Shown piece after piece: positions 12,598 through 24,976 of a DNA stretch of 64,000 nucleotides. The position numbers and the translations under genes were made by a program. The stretch spans positions 1-64,000 of the forward strand of contig WELA01001776.1 of the NCBI GenBank assembly GCA_009602735.1. Direction: 5' to 3'. The notes below the pieces were generated by a model. That model saw nothing but the letters and a program-made list of their open reading frames with translations, was not told the origin of the DNA and did no database searches. The stretch comes from Mesotaenium endlicherianum (Eukaryota). Position 1 is the first letter of the stretch, and each line of letters starts with the position of its first letter.

Positions 12598-15500
12598 TGT
12601 AAGGTTATGAAAGTGGAGTTGGTTTCTTTCTAGTATTTTATATGCATAGAGTGTGATTTTAGAAGAACTGTGGCCTTTATTTCAAGTCATTTGGACAAGT
12701 ATTGAGATAGTTATGAATTTTGGAAGTTTTTAGTGAGTTTTTAATGTCACAGATTCTATTTAGTGACAAGGACAGGTGCAGTGACGAAAATTTTGGTTGG
12801 AGTCCAGGAAGTAGGACATTGAAACATGAGGGTTCCAAAAAGGACGTACAATTACGTAGAGTGCCAAAGTAATCGTGGAATTTCTAGAAACTCCGTGAGG
12901 AGTTAGTGGATTGTGTAGTAGAATATTCTAGAGTGTGATTGTTTGCGTGTGAGTGTGCTAGCTTGTCCAACTAGGCAAGGTCACCTACATGGAAGGAGCC
13001 ATAGGAGAAGGTTCTGGAGGTACTTTGCTAGAGAGGACATTTAGAGCTAAAGGATACATGGGAAGCACAAGGAAGTAGAGGTGGCTTAGTCTAGTCTAAC
13101 CTTCTTATCTTGTACACGACTTTTCTTAATAAAGTGAGTTCTTTTCCACTCCTCTCTTATGTAGCCCTCTAACTCTTGCAAGGGTGGCATACCACCAGGC
13201 CACTCCACCTTGTGTATGCAACTAGGAAAGGTCTTCGTGCACGCTTCCACTCGCGGTGCGTGAGAGTGTATGGGCGCACTCCCCGCACCCTTCCCTCTTT
13301 CACATGGTATCGGAGCTACTTAGTTGCTTCATTCGGAGGAGGAGCTTTGGTTGGTGATGCTTGTAGGAGTTTACAGAGAGTATAGAGGAGAAGCAAAGAT
13401 GATTTATAAGTTGCTAAGGGCAGCCATGAAGACATGATGCAAGCTAGCACCTCTCTCTCTTGACGGAGGGAGAAGATGGGAAAAGGGAGGTGCTCCAAGA
13501 AAAGTTAACTTGGATGCAACCAGATTTCTGTACATCTTCCTTGTAGTATAAGAAGGTTGCCCAAGCATGGTAGTGATATAAGTAATATAGAGCAGCCTTT
13601 GCTTGAGTATGGAGACATATGAGCATGAAGAAAATCTGGAGTTCACACGGCTGGATTTTTCCTTGAAGATGCAAGCTCTTTCGTGTCAAGCTCTTTCTTT
13701 GATGAGGGGGCTTAGCATAGAGGTGATAGTGGCTAGAAAGGAGTGTGTGCCCATCTTTATTTCAGATCTTCAATGAAGGTGGAGCAGATTTTAAGGGTAG
13801 GCAACCAGGGACTTAGCAAGCATGTGTACTTGCAAGTCTAGGAGCTTTGGCGGGCATAGCACTCGCAAGCTCAAGAGGAGCTCATGAGAAGCTCAAGAGA
13901 GGGTGCACCGGGGTGTTGCACCAAGTTGGCCAAGTATGTGGCCGGATTTGGGTTGCCTTGCATCACTCCTATATAGCCATTGGATATGTTGACCAGCCAT
14001 GATGGAGCTTGGTCATTCTTATGGAGATTGATGAAGCCTCAAGCGAAGAAAAGCGCCGTGGAGAAGGCTTGGAGCAAGAAGAAGTGACACAGATTTTTCT
14101 TCAAGCAAGATAAGTGAAGATGGAGCCTTTCAAGTTCAGATTTTTCTTTTCTTATGGAGGAGACTACTATGGAGTACTTCAAGGTGAGAGCTATGATGAA
14201 GATAAGCCTATGGTGCGGAAGAAGAAGCAAGGTATGAAGTTGGTGCAAGAGGGCTAGTGCAAGAGATGTCTCCCACTAGAAGTGCGTGTGCGAATAGTGT
14301 TGTGTTGAGCATAGTTAAGGGGCGGATTTTGGTGCATCTATGGAAGCTCTTCATGTAAAAGTAGAGCACCAAGGCAAGCTGGGTTTAGTAGTAAGAAGTG
14401 TCATTGGGGTGACCAAGGCTAGAGTGCACTCAAGAAGCTAGGCATGTGGAAGGAGTTGCACAAAGAGAGTAGCCTATCCTCTAGTGCTTTAGTGCACGGG
14501 TCAAGTGAAGACCGAGGAGGAGTATGGTCAAGTGAGGATAGTGAAATAGGTGGAGGTAGATATGACCACAAGTAGCTATCTTCAGCCCGCTAGCAAAGAA
14601 GCGACGCGGGAAGGTGAAGGTGAAGGAGAAGCGCTTGTTTTGGTGACCTTGGCCGGTCATCACACGGAGCAAGCGTGCCTCCTAACAACCTTGGCGAGCG
14701 CGCATCGCCGGTGGAGCAAGTAGAGGTGTATGATCTCCTTGCTTATATATAGAGCGGACCCCAATTGCTCAAGTGGAGGAGCTTCTAGAAAGTGAGCTCA
14801 AGGGAAGCCTGCTTGCAAGACAAAGTGTGTGCGTGCACAAGATGAGGTGCAAGCACTAAGAGTATGTGCGTATGGCCAAGTTATGGAGCTCTTGGAGGCG
14901 TTCTAGATGTCTTTTCTTGGAGCCTTGTGTGAAGGCTGACCTTCAAGAAGAGCCAGAGGTATGTGGGAGTGAGCATCTAGCCAAGGAGAAGACTATGATG
15001 GAGTTTGGTGCACCACGAGCGAGACTACGCGCTCATGCCTTGTGAGATTTATTATTGCCGCTTGATGGACACTACGACTTTATGGATATGGACCTATGAG
15101 GAGGAGACCAAGTGTTATGGGGCTGATATGTCCTGCCTAAGATGGAGATATATGACAAAGACCTGGACATGAAGCTAGGAGAATCAGCGCCTATACAAGC
15201 AAGCACGAGAGAGGCGTAAAATCTGGACTTGGACACTCGAGTGGTAAGCGCCTTACCTTCATGATGAGGGGGGGGAGTGTTATAGTTGTTTATAGTGCTT
15301 GTAAGCAAGGTCAAACCAGTCCCATGAGTTCAGTTGTAACTAAGAGATGTGAAGTGGAAAGAAGTTTGAGAGCAAGAACTTGGAAGATACTCAAATCTGT
15401 CTATGTTTGAGGGTTTTACGGGTAGGCGAGCGCGAGGGTAAAAGTTGGCAGATTTTGGCTACTTTTTGCCTATTTAGGAGAGAGTGGGTAATATTTTCAC

Positions 15501-17257
15501 TATAAGCCCTACATGATGTGGGAGGCCTAGTATGAGGCCTGCCTTGAGTCATAGTCAAGTTTCAGAATCAGGGGTTGAAGCATGTGCCATTTGTAGGCGC
15601 GGGTGCTTGATACGTGTTGCGCGCATGTGCGTCCTACGAGCGTGAGGCACAAAGTGACGATCTCGTTTGAGTGTTAGACTTAGATACAGATTTTGAAATT
15701 TTGTGGAGAGGTAGTCCTATGGGTTGAGATTTAGAAAAAGTAATTTTTTTAATAAAAATATTAGTTTAAGTCCTGACAGTGCCACATGGCGGTCTGCTGG
15801 ACTTCCGTGCGAGCCACATGTGTAAGGCAAGGCGCAATCTGGTATCATGGTCTTAGGCTTGGAATCAGGAGAAACAAAGCATACCAGTGAGTTGAAAGGG
15901 GAGATATTATGTAGATTACACAACTTTCAGGCTAAAAATGTCAGAAAAAGTCAGGGGGGTGCCACTTGGCGTCTTGAGAGGTCACCACGAGTCACGCACA
16001 CAAGTGAGAGAGTGCAATACCTCTACAAGGAGTATGGCTTAGAGCTAGAGGTAGCCAAGGGTACCAAAAGGTTCAGGAACATAGTGGAGTCAGGTTCATG
16101 ATGGAATCTGGTCAAAATTATAAAAGCACCACGAGTAAGCCACATGGCGCGACGAGGAGCTACCACTTGTCCAAGAGGGCGAAGAATGAGTGTTTTGGCG
16201 ATTTGGCGGACTACTATGCCTTGGATCCAGCTTTGGAGTATGTGGAATGATGGAGGGAGTATGTCAAAGCCCTTATGAAGATATTGGCCTACTCCAAGAC
16301 GAAGGAGTTGAAGAGAAGATGCATATGTGTTAGGAGACGCCATGTGTGGAGCCAATGGAGCTTTTACTAAGTGGAGCAAGTTTGGAGTATTAAGTATCAT
16401 CTTGTAGCTTGTTCAAGACCTGAAACTTGTATAATAATATATGTGAATATGTGTTTTTCTAACGTACATATGAGCTCGATTCCTCATATGACGTCACTTA
16501 TGCTTAGTATGCGCCGAGGACGTCGCATCTTGAGGAGGGGGATGATGTAAGGTTATGAAAGTGTAGTTTGTTTCTTTCTAGTATTTTACACGCATAGAGT
16601 GTGATTTTAGAAGAACTCTGGCCTTTATTTTAAGTCATTTGGACAAGTATTGAGATAGTTATGAATTTTGGAAGTTTTTAGTGAGTTTTTAATGTCACGG
16701 ATTCTATTTAGTGACGAGGACAGGTGCAGTGACGAAAATTTCGGTTGGAGTCCAGGAAGTAGGACATTGAAACATGAGGGCTCCAAAAAGGACGTACAAT
16801 TACGTAGAGTGCCAAAGTGATCGTGGAATTTCTAGAAACTCCGTGAGGAGTTAGTGGATTGTGTAGTAGAATATTCTAGAGTGTGATTGTGTGCGTGTGA
16901 GAGTGCTAGCTTGTCCAACTAGGCAAGGTCAACTACATGGAAGGAGCCATAGGAGAAGGTTCTGGAGGTACTTTGCTAGAGAGGACACTTAGAGTTAAAG
17001 GATAAATGGGAAGCACAAGGAAGTAGAGGTGGCTTAGTCTAGTCTAACCTTCTTATCTTGTACACGACTTTTCTTAATAAAGTGAGTTCTTTTCCACTCC
17101 TCTCTCATGTAGCCCTCTAACTCTTGCAAGGGTGGCATACCACCAGGCCACTCCACCTTGTGTATGCAACTAGGAAAGGTCTTCGTGCACGCTTCCACTC
17201 GCGGGTGAGGGTGCGTGAGAGTGTATGGGCGCACTCCCCGCACCCTTCCCCCTTTCA
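12598..17257 (+). mobile_element. Element E: non-autonomous LTR element (LARD-like)
   Basis: LTRs 12598-13302 and 16546-17257 nearly identical; TSD ATCGC; PBS TGGTATCGGAGC at 13305-13316; PPT 16531-16545; no intact ORF in the ~3.2-kb interior. Confidence 0.92.
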
Positions 17258-17262
17258 ATCGC

Positions 17263-17970
17263 AGTTGTAAGGTGCATCGTTATGTGCATTTCGTCGGTCA
17301 AAATAACAAGACAATCATGGAGGTTAAGTCCAGATTGGTGAATCTTGCTAAAAAGGCAAGAATCTACGAGCCCATAATTTTGGCTGACAAAATTTTGTTG
17401 TGCTTGGGCAAGGAAAGAAGTCAGGCTACATCTTCCTGCAAAGCGCGGAATTAACTGGGACATTGACGAGGTTGCTGAAATAGCACGCAATGTTGAAGAA
17501 GGTAAAGTCTGGTATAAAGACACTTCCAGGTCGCTTACGGCTTCTCAGAGGAAGGAGGAATCCTTCCCGCCTAAAGCCACTAGCTCTAATTTTCAATTTA
17601 ATAAGAAGAGCGGGTCTTTCAATAAGTTTGCTAAGCATGCCAACACTGCTTAAACAGTAAAGGGATGTTGGATTTGTGGAAAGATCGGACATCAGATAGA
17701 GATAAAACTCAGATGCTAGGCAATTATCTGCTAGCAAAGCGCAGATATGTGCACATTGTAGCAAGAAAGGACACTCAGAAGATGTTGGTTTAAGAACTCA
17801 AATCTGAAGCCACCATGGGCTAACTACCACGAAAGAGACAGATGAAGGTAAAAAAAGAGGGAAAGACAGCTCTAGTGGTCGGAAGGGTAACCAGAAGTTT
17901 GAGGCTATGAGTGCTGAGATCGCGGAGTTGAAAGCTCAGTTTGCAAAACTAAATATACCAAATGCTTATT
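17263..17970 (+). pseudogene. gag: Element B gag, C-terminal part with two zinc-knuckle remnants
   Basis: Reads on from FPEDR (12597) across the TSD; GCWICGKIGHQ at ~17664 and CAHCSKKGHSE at ~17748. Confidence 0.75.
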
Positions 17971-18339
17971 AGGATGCAGATGTTTCCGAGAAAATCGTTC
18001 GCAAAGGCGAAAAATTGGTGCCTGAGAAGGTTACAGCTGTGGCGGCCAACGAGCGAGCAGATCATGACCGTTTGGTGCCTAGGAATGCTGGGAAGCTCTT
18101 GAGACCTTTCGGATCACTCTGGATGAGAATGAGATTACTCAGCTACGTCAAGCCAGAATTGGGATACGTAAGACATTTAGCTTTTCACTGGAGAAGCTGA
18201 AGGCATTGGTGGAATACCGGATTCAGCATGCTCCTTTGATATCGCTTGCGGATCAGCACATCAGAGTTTCCTCTCACAATAGAGGAAGCAAAGCGATAGT
18301 TGGATATAGCTGAGGAGAGAGCAAATAGCGCCTCACTGC

Positions 18340-18760
18340 CTACCAATTTCAGCACTATAAAAGTGCGTAATAAGGAAGGTGCCCTTAAGTTCAACAATTG
18401 GCCTGCTTCCAACATCTTATTGGACACAAGCGCACAGCCAGTCATCCTAGGAAAGTGAGCTGTGAAAGCTCTGGGATTGACTGCGAGGGATCTGAAGGAG
18501 AGTCCTTTCCCGTTGAGAACTGCATCTAGGCCGGTGACCAAGTCTTGTGGGATCATTCGCAAGCCCATTAGGATCCTGGTCAACTCAGGATAGCCGGAGG
18601 AGGCGTCATTGTGGATAGAATGGACAGTAAGAGGCAGAAAACTATGACATTCTCTTAGGGATTGAGGCTCTGATTCCTTTAAGTCTGGTCATTGATTTGG
18701 GGAAGCAGAGAGTGACTTACCAGCAGACGAACAAGCAATCAACGGGAGAAATTCCTGTAA
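18340..18760 (+). pseudogene. Element B aspartic protease remnant
   Basis: ILLDTSAQPVILG (DTG-like active site) at ~18415 and YDILLG at ~18643. Confidence 0.75.
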
Positions 18761-19059
18761 AAATAATATGCAGCGGAGAAGTAGTCTATGACATTTTGGA
18801 CTGTTGCGCAACCTCATCGTACCTAGGATACTTCAACGAGTTGCTGCAGAACGAGACGGAAGCTTATACATCTATTAATATGCCGTCGCCATTGGTATGG
18901 CAACCCAAGAAGATGATTCAGTTGGAAGCTGTGAGTAATATAGATCGCAGCCGTAAGAGTTGTTGCCGGTACCCTGCCCAGTCACAGTAGCATTGAATTT
19001 GATGGCAAAAGTGGCACCATTGCCCCAAGCCACTGTCAAGATGGAGAATCCGTTCCGAG

Positions 19060-20035
19060 AAAAAGTGGTGGTGTTGGAGCTATTTGCGAGATTGTGTTTT
19101 GGAACTAAGGCATTGATTCAGAGGGGAATAAAGGTGGCCAAAGTGATCTATGTGGACAACGACGACAACGCGTTTCACACATTTCAGGAGGCTACAAGTC
19201 AGATGCGCCAGACGCATCACTTTATGGAAATGACACCCGCCCACTGCAACATTATTCGCATTCTGGGAGGAGACATCATGCATCTTCAAGTGGCACATCA
19301 ATGACCTACATTCAATCAGGATCGACTGGATGGTCGCTGGATTTCCTTGCCAGCCCTTTTCTCTAGCTGGAAGAAGGAGAGGGTTCAGCAATCCACGGGC
19401 AGCACACTGGGGAGAGATGGTGAAAATAATCCATGCACTGATGGAACGTCAGCAACGCCCACCCGTGTTTGTACTAAAAATGTACATCTAAGAATAAGAT
19501 ATAACATGAAGCTAGGAGACCCATGGCTGATTTTTTAAAGTAACCTTGGGGCATCATAGCTTGCTGAACAACTCCAAACATGGAGGATTGTTGCAGAGGT
19601 CCAAGATATTTTGGACTAGTGGTATGCCGCCAAAGATCCTGAGAGGGGCGGAGCAGATTTCACAAAGACCATCGCACGACCAATGAGTAGGAGAGGTGCT
19701 GGAAGTCCTTACCAGGCCAGTAGAGAGGAGGGTCACTTATTCTCTATTCGACGTCAACAACCCAGGAGAACCAAGAGAGGTACTGCCCACTTTCACCGCA
19801 TATCCAAAATCCAAAGCTTTCACCAAAGGAGGATCGAGAATGGTCAAGGATATCTGCAAGTATGCTCTTTGGTGAGAAGCGTACGCTTTGGAAAAGGGAA
19901 AGTGTATGGGAATTCCAGAACGAATAGCCGTGCATATTATCAGTTCGGTTGGACAACCCGAGGCAGCCAAGATCTTCGGCAACATGATTAGACAACACAC
20001 TATGACATGGCTGGTGGAGACTATTCTCACTTGGC
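19060..20035 (+). pseudogene. C5 cytosine DNA methyltransferase domain within element B pol (frameshifted)
   Basis: Motifs in canonical order: I VVLELFARLCFG; II YVDND; III GDI; IV AGFPCQPFS (PC at 19345-19350); VI FVL[E]NV (1-nt loss); VIII QRSKIFWT; IX KCMGIP; X IFGNMI. Confidence 0.88.
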
Positions 20036-21833
20036 AACATATGACTTTCTACAACAAGCCTATGCCAATGCCACACGCGGTGCGAATTGCTAGAATAGTG
20101 GTGCATGTCTCAGACCAAAAACCTGACAGGAGCGTGCGCCAACGCTTGGAGGTAACTCCAACGCGCAGAAATGCGGACGAAGAACCCAACGGCGCAAGCA
20201 CTTCTTTTAAGGAGGCAGGTATGGCGGAACTGGCGCCATTCAAGAGTAGTTGGAACACTTGCACGCGCAGGGAATTGTTGCACAGGAGGAACCCCTGGAA
20301 AGGAAGACTACCCCACTGCAAGAAAGGATATTGGATCGCAGGCCTACTCCACTGCGGGAAAAAGAGCCTACGTTACCTTTGCAAAGGGAAGATACGCTTA
20401 TACTGGACAGAGGACCATCATTCAGGGGAGAAGAGACACCAGATCGGCAGGAGACGTTGTCATCAACAAAGACGACCCCTGTTTGCACGATGCCCCTGGA
20501 CAGTGAGGATCCTGGGTATGACTTCAACATTAATGGGAGGCAAGCTCAAGCAGTTAGAAAGCTAACCAGCTCTACCTCTCGTCTTCCTTAGAATGGTCAA
20601 CTCTAGCCAGGAGTATCCAAAGGTATCTTCTAAGGGACGCCATCGGGGGATGAGTCAAAGGAATTGAGAAGCAAGTCCACGCTATGCCTCACCGTCCCCA
20701 GGACAGTCAAGTGAGCCGCCCAGATGGGAATGTCCAATGGTAAACCACAATTAGCGCCAGTGCAACATCGGCAAATGGGCTGACGAGAGCAGGCAGAAGT
20801 CAGCAGACTCGGATACTTTTTCCATAAGGCAGGATAAAATAAACTTCTGTTTTGAGATATCCGTCAAGGGTACAGAAGAGGAGGTGATCAAGAAATTCAT
20901 CAAGTCACTTCAAGTCACTGGCTAGGCACCAACCAAGAAGGATTGTCAAGTATGTACAATCTGCGCAGTAGCTCACAAGATCTTTGACCAAGTGTTGGAC
21001 CAGCTCCAGGAGGCATACACGGAGGAAGCCAGAGACAAGAAGGCAGATCGAGTCGATCGTGTTTAGGGGACACTAAACAAGATCCCCCGTTTCCCCACAA
21101 AAGAGCTGAGTCTGCAGGAGCTGCAAGAGCTTCGGACAGACGACTGGGTGGATAACGGCTTGATGCTGGAGGGGGTCCATCCTCAAGACCTATAATCAAA
21201 ATTGGAAATTCCCACAGCTAGCGTGGCTGGATGTAATGAATCAGTATTATGCTACATATAACATTTATTGAAACATAATAGTTAATTAAGTTCAGTTTGC
21301 TGAACTTTAGCTAATATTAAGTCTGTTGGACTTTTGGTTGTTTTCAGTATACTGATTCAGCCGAGGGCAGCAGACTGAAGTCAACTTAGGTCAGCTTGCT
21401 GACACATTCTTTGTCAGTCAGCTGACTGCCGTACGCGGTATCAATGAATTGCCTAGATATGCATCTAAGTGTAATATGCTAGATGAATGACCAGAGGACA
21501 CTCTTGGGTGGATGGCGATTCGGGATGATGGGAGATGGCTGTGCATTTGGTTAGCCGAGGTCCTATTGACGTGGTTAACTCCCGGGTAGGTGGTGCCAAC
21601 GCACTTGTTGTTGAACAAGTAAACTCATTCCATGTACATAGGTTAGGTCATGCTCTCGAGTTTGGCATTCGGAAACGAGGCCAAGTCTCTTGTACCGCTT
21701 ACTGAGAGATATCTGAATCCAAGGCGAGAAGACATTCATGCGAATTGTTTTCTAACCTTGCTTATGTATGAATTTATTGATTGCATGATGATGCTCATTT
21801 ACTTGCATTTGACGCGTAAGTATTGTGATGCTA

Positions 21834-22345
21834 TGAAATGAATCGACTAACCAATAGGCGATTAACAATCAACAAAAGATCTTTTTATCACCAAGTAATG
21901 TCCATGGTATTTTTATCAACAAACTTAATAGCAAAGGACAATACACTAACAGTGAACAATACTCACAAGTCAAATGTAAGTAAACGTGCATCAATCATGC
22001 AATCAGTAAACTCATACATAAGCAAGGTTAGAAGACAATTCGCATCAATGGCTTCTCCCATTGGATTCAGATATCGCTCAGTAAGCTACACAAGAGAGTT
22101 GGCCTCGTTTTCGAATGCCGAACTCGAGGGCAATACCTAGCATATGTACATGGAATGAATTTACAGTTGAACGGCAAGTGCGATGGCACCGCCTACCCGG
22201 GAGTTAACCACGTCGGTAGGACCTCGGCTAACCACATCCACAGCAATCTTCCATCATCCCAAATCGCCATCCACCTTAAGGGTGTCATCCGGCCACTCAT
22301 CTAGCATACCACACTTAAAGCATAATTAGGCAATCACTGCTACCG
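21834..22345 (-). repeat. Inverted partial family-D LTR inserted into the D1 5' LTR
   Basis: Begins TGAAATGAATCGACT (reverse LTR end); joins family-C pol near 22345. Confidence 0.85.
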
Positions 22346-23036
22346 AACACTTCTTTGTAGTCCTCTAAGACTTCTTGTATCTCCTTGGAAACGGGGCTGC
22401 CTTCTTGACACTCAATGTCTTTTTGGATGTCTTTTGGCGTGATCAAGGCCAAAAGAAGCTCGTGTCCCTTCCTCACAAGTCTCTTGAGTTGGAGGGCGGA
22501 CAATAGTATCTTGTGTGTTGGCTTCTGGATGTCTTGGGTCTGGATGTTCTGGATTGCGCGCAAAATACAGATTCTTGAAGAGAGTCATTCTTGATCTTGA
22601 TTGTACCGGTCCTCCAATCAACTTGGGGATTGTGCTTGGTCAACCAAGGCGTCCCTAGGATGACGTCGTACTTGCCCAATTGCATGGGGGAGAACACTAC
22701 TCTATCCTTGAAGGACTTGATAGAGAGTGCCAAGGGGTACGTCTTCTTGGAAGGGGTAGCATAGGAGAATCCATCGGGCATCATAATCTCCTTGTCATGG
22801 TCAAGAGTTCGCATAGTAATACCGTGCTTGGTGGCAAAATTTGCAGCAATGAAGTTGCCTTGAGCTCCGCTATCCACCAAGATGTGGACCTTCTCTCCTT
22901 CAAGGTAACCTCTCAAACTCATTGGGGCTGGGACGTCGTCTTCAACGGGGGTCTCCACCTCACTTGGCGTGTTGCCTTCTCGTGAAGTGGGTCTTGGGGT
23001 GGTAGGCTCCTGGCCTACCGGCGCTGTCCGTTTTTT
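22346..23036 (-). pseudogene. pol: Family-C protease / start of pol (truncated)
   Basis: ILVDSGAQGNFI and YDVILGTPWL; ends ...VLEDYKEVF at the deletion junction. Confidence 0.85.
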
Positions 23037-24240
23037 GACAACTTTTTGGGGCATGAAAGTGCACGATGGCCCTTTTCCTTGCAATAGAAGCATAGTCCAG
23101 CCGTCATGAGAGCTTCTTTTTCAGCCGGGGAGAGTCTTGCTTTCACTCCTTGCTGGTTTCTTGCATCATAAGTGTCATTGGAGGGTCTTCCACTCTTCCG
23201 GGCAGCCGCGGGGTCCCTTTTAATAACTCCGATTTCCATGGGTGTGGGTCCAGATTCGGATGTGGAAGGGGCTGCGTACACCCGCGTCGCCGAAACCCGT
23301 GAAGATGAAGGCACGGAGTGCTTGAAATCCAAGGTATCCACCTTTTGGGCCACTTCAATGATCTTTGAGAAGTCCGTCAAGTCGCGTAACTCCACTTCCT
23401 TTGCCACCTTGGGTTTGAGGCCAAAGATGTAGCGGTCAATCTTCTCCTCGAGAGACATGTTGGGGATCTCAAGAGTGAGGGCGTGAAATCTGGATGTATA
23501 CTCTTGAACGGACGTCGTTTGCTTGAGATGGTGGAGCTTTCCTCGGGCAATCTTCTCCGCATTGATGGGCATGAATTGCTTCTTGAGGGCCTCACGAAAA
23601 TCTGCCCATCTTGCATATGATGGTGGGGGCTCTTGGCCGAGCATGGGGTGCGCCATAGCTTGATATATAGCCGCTTGATAGTTACGCCACCATGATGTTG
23701 CTGCTCCTCTAAGTAAGGTAACGGCAAAGGGAACGTAGTCCTCCTCGGGTACTTCAAGGAATGCGAGGTACGTCTCCACTTGGTAGAGCCATAAATTCAG
23801 GTTGGCACCTTTCCCGGGGTTGAAAGTGTCGGGTTTGCCGGGCTTGATGAGTTTCCTTGCTCTCGTTGGCTCTTGTGGAGGCGCTTGAGCCGGGGCTGGA
23901 TTTTGAGCATTGCTCGCAATAGGGGCAACTATGGCAGCCATAGCTTCTCTTGACACTTGCACGGTGCTTCATAGGTGGCCAAGCCCACTTGGTTGTGGAC
24001 GATCATTAGGAAGGCTGCCCACTCATTTGCGGGAACTCCTTGTGGTGGGGTCAACTTTGCTATAGCGGCTGCCACGGGATNNNNNNNNNNNNNNNNNNNN
24101 NNNNNNNNNNNNNNNNNNNNNNNNNNNNNNNNNNNNNNNNNNNNNNNNNNNNNNNNNTGGCGCTGGAGGAGGGTGTNNNNNNNNNNNNNNNNNNNNNNNN
24201 NNNNNNNNAAAGCTTGCTGTTGGTCTTGAGGATCGGCCAT
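23015..24240 (-). pseudogene. gag: Family-C gag (assembly gaps; frame change near 23960)
   Basis: KPDTF...WLYQVE, LKQTTSVQEY, PTPMEIG and a zinc knuckle. Confidence 0.88.
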
Positions 24241-24976
24241 CTTCTTGTGCTACGAAAGTGCCTAGCTCCGATACCACTGTAGTGAAACAGATAGATGAAG
24301 TACTTAGTGAGATATAATACTTTATCTATTCAAGACAAGGATCTTTGAACACAAGTGGTAGCTTCTTGAAAGAGAGATGGCTTCTTGAAAGTTAATATAT
24401 TTTTGGATTTTGGCAAGTACAAGAGTGATTCTGGAATGTCTTTCTATGTTCTAGCTCTTGTTTATATACTTGCTAAATAAGTAATTTCTAGGAAGGTGTA
24501 TGTTGATGTGTTGGCACCCAACACATCCCAAAACTTGCCACCTCTTTCTAGAATAATGTACACATGTCCTTTTGACCTAAAAATGGCACATTTGACTTTT
24601 GCCACGTGGAGTTCTTCTCTGTCTTTCCTCTAACTTCGAAAATGCCTTAGAAGGTTCAAAGGACATGTACCAAGTCACTAGAGTACCTATTCACACTTGA
24701 ATCCACACAATACTACTCCAAATATATTTGAAAACATTAAAATATATGCAAACTAATATATAATAACTCAAATCACTACAATACCTAATGTCCTACTACC
24801 CTACACTTCTACACAATCAACATAATGACAACACATAAATGGTCCACCCACTTTGACTATAATACAAGTCTACTCTATGCATCGACACACACACACACAC
24901 ATGCAAGCCCACCAAATTAACACAAGCAAATAGAGTCAGAAGTGCTTATTTACAACACTCCCTCTCAGCTCCTACT

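Larger units (their letters stand above)
22346..24780 (-). mobile_element. Family-C Ty3/Gypsy 5' fragment (LTR, PBS, gag, protease)
   Basis: LTR 24278-24780; PBS 24265-24276; gag with CFYCKEKGHRALSC; PR LVDSGAQ...DVILGTPWL; truncated before RT. Confidence 0.9.
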
